DNA of 64,000 nucleotides from Candidatus Thorarchaeota archaeon (GTDB taxonomy: Archaea > Asgardarchaeota > Thorarchaeia > Thorarchaeales > Thorarchaeaceae): assembly GCA_029855935.1 (NCBI GenBank), contig JAGSHN010000027.1, positions 32,001-96,000 on the forward strand, given 5' to 3'. Below, piece by piece: positions 63,939 through 64,000 of this stretch. The number at the start of each line of letters is the position of its first letter. The first letter of the stretch is position 1. Position numbers and translations under genes: made by a program. The notes beneath the pieces were generated by a model. That model saw only the letters and a program-made list of their open reading frames with translations, made no database searches and was not told where the DNA came from.

Positions 63939-64000
63939 ATCAAGCGCGGCTGACGCGTGCCGGCGCGAGGAACATCAAATAAGACATTTTGGGTAGGGAA

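Overview
Gene-dense archaeal chromosomal window, most likely an Asgard archaeon of the Thorarchaeia type. This is an inference from TATA-like promoters, GGTGA/GAGG Shine-Dalgarno (SD) motifs, an opisthokont-like TyrRS, giant Ig-repeat surface proteins and HdrD/FAD-oxidase modules. I found about 35 CDSs and no rRNA, tRNA, CRISPR array or transposase. Metabolic genes: NDP-forming acyl-CoA synthetase, PPP phosphatase, GH38 mannosidase, TyrRS, PPDK, threonine dehydrogenase and deaminase, saccharopine/lysine dehydrogenase, a polar amino-acid ABC transporter, ferredoxins, FprA, a MopB oxidoreductase and GTP-PEPCK. Four things stand out. (1) Two translationally coupled giant single-pass surface proteins (about 2580 and 2890 aa) have colinear 17-module Ig-like stalks and a shared cytoplasmic tail, and only one carries an inserted NHL beta-propeller; this is a candidate heterodimeric adhesion/signalling receptor. 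(2) A DUF362-UbiA(DPPR-synthase type)-PHP phosphatase-flippase operon looks like an unrecognised lipid-linked pentose donor pathway. (3) A lower-GC island encodes a 1499-aa TM-RCK-RCK-ACT-ACT protein with in-frame tandem DNA repeats. (4) A MopB enzyme has a ferredoxin inserted inside its C-terminal domain. All domain calls come from motif recognition by eye; no searches were run.
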